Source: Squalus acanthias (taxonomy: Eukaryota). Taken from it: a DNA stretch of 64,000 nt. The notes beneath the pieces are model-generated. The model made no database searches, had not been told where the DNA came from, and worked only from the letters and a program-made list of their open reading frames with translations. Below, piece by piece: positions 62,663-64,000 of the stretch; within the stretch, counting starts at the first letter, position 1; each line of letters begins with the position of its first letter. Made by a program: the position numbers and the translations under genes. Where the stretch lies: contig CM059433.1 in assembly GCA_030390025.1 (NCBI GenBank), positions 62,001-126,000 on the forward strand, given 5' to 3'.

Positions 62663-64000
62663 TCCAGATTATTAAAATCCTGGAGACTCCAGGACATCCT
62701 GCAGATGTTGGAAACCCAACACACGACTCTGCCTCAGTACATGCCAAGTGTTGTCTTGTTTCCCCCACTCAATTCTTCACCCCCTGCCCCTCCCCACTAG
62801 TATTTGTTTTTGTACCAATTCACAACTTTGTTGTTTAATTGGGTTTGGAGGAGTTCCTTGATGTGGCCTGGGACTTTGAAAGTGCCACTGGTGCTTTAGT
62901 GACTGAATAAGCCCAATCCAGTTTTACCTGACGGGGGATTTGGTGATTTAGTTACTGGAACTTTGGGGATCACAGGGGCTACGGGGAAAGAGCAGGAGAG
63001 TGGGGGTTATTGGATCGTGCATTCAAAGAGCTGGCAGAGGCACGATGGGCCGAATGGCCTCCTTCTGTGCTGTATGATTCTATGACTTGTCAGACAAGTG
63101 GTGAGGGTGGGGTCACTACAGCTCTTTAAAGGGGATCTTGACCAGTCCCTGAGAGGACATTGCCAGTTACAGCGAGAGTTAGTGGTTAGTTTAGCTTGTC
63201 ATGTGTCGGGAGTTGGAGAGCAATTGGCCAGAGGTTTTTCCTGAATTGGCCATGTTTCTTTGTTTCCAGAGATAGCGTAACTGGTAGGTGGGACGGCAGC
63301 GTGTCAGGTTATACTGTCTACTGGATGGGGTGAGCTTGATGGGTCTGATAGTCTTCATCTACTTTTGTTTGTATGTGTATGTGCAGACTGGGGATTGACT
63401 CTGGGCCCAGCCTGGTGTGTGGCTCAGAGAGTTCACCCAGTCAGTGACTGAGACCAGGGACAATCTCCAGTCTGCAATCCCCCATGGCAGAACTCATCTC
63501 TTCCCCTTTCTGTTCCCTTCAATGATCCGTGCACAAATCAGGAGACACACAGCAAGTTTGTTCATTTTCAATCCACGTTTATTTTCAGATGTTAAACTTC
63601 TCACATTTCAGTTATTGAAACATGACTCTCTGGTCCATCCAGCCTGCCCCACACAACTGTGATGGCCTTGTCCATCGCAATATATAGACCCCCTCAGCCC
63701 ACCCAAGACCGTGTGATCTCCTGGGAGAGGCGAAAAACCAGACATAAAAACCCAGGCCAATTTGGGAAAAGAATCTGGGAAATTCCTCTCCGACCCCCTT
63801 AGGCGATCGAAACTAGTCCAGGAGATCATTCTGGCCCAAATAAGTCCATGCATTCGAAGACAATTACTTTTCCCACTTTTACTCTGCTAACATCAATTGA
63901 ACACCGTCCCCGGAGCCTGGTCTTCAACAATCTCCAGTCTAGTTCTGTACCAGCAGTCACAAACCCAATATTCAGCGATGACGAGAAACTGGTTGGCAGG

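Overview
Eukaryotic (vertebrate) intergenic DNA made almost entirely of nested mobile elements and tandem repeats. The SINE/CR1 types suggest a cartilaginous fish, which is an inference. No host protein-coding gene could be supported. Main contents: (1) A complete, recently inserted 12.7-kb env-bearing LTR provirus on the minus strand (29622-42343). It has ~1.65-kb nearly identical LTRs and an AGAC TSD, gag joined in frame to pol through a UGA-CUAG readthrough context, and two RNase H domains. Its Env looks like a class-I F-type fusion protein and carries an Ig-like domain, best matching a lokiretrovirus-like element. (2) Three PIF/Harbinger transposons: two with transposase plus a spliced Myb/SANT gene, and one internally deleted. 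All three sit at the same base of the (CATAGAGT)n tail repeat of CR1 LINEs. (3) About a dozen CR1 LINE copies, two of which show an in-phase U_UUA_AAC slippery site at the ORF1/ORF2 junction. (4) Penelope-type remnants with hammerhead-ribozyme cores, tRNA-derived SINEs, two candidate solo LTRs, a ~1.9-kb-unit tandem array, a ~32-bp satellite and CT microsatellites.
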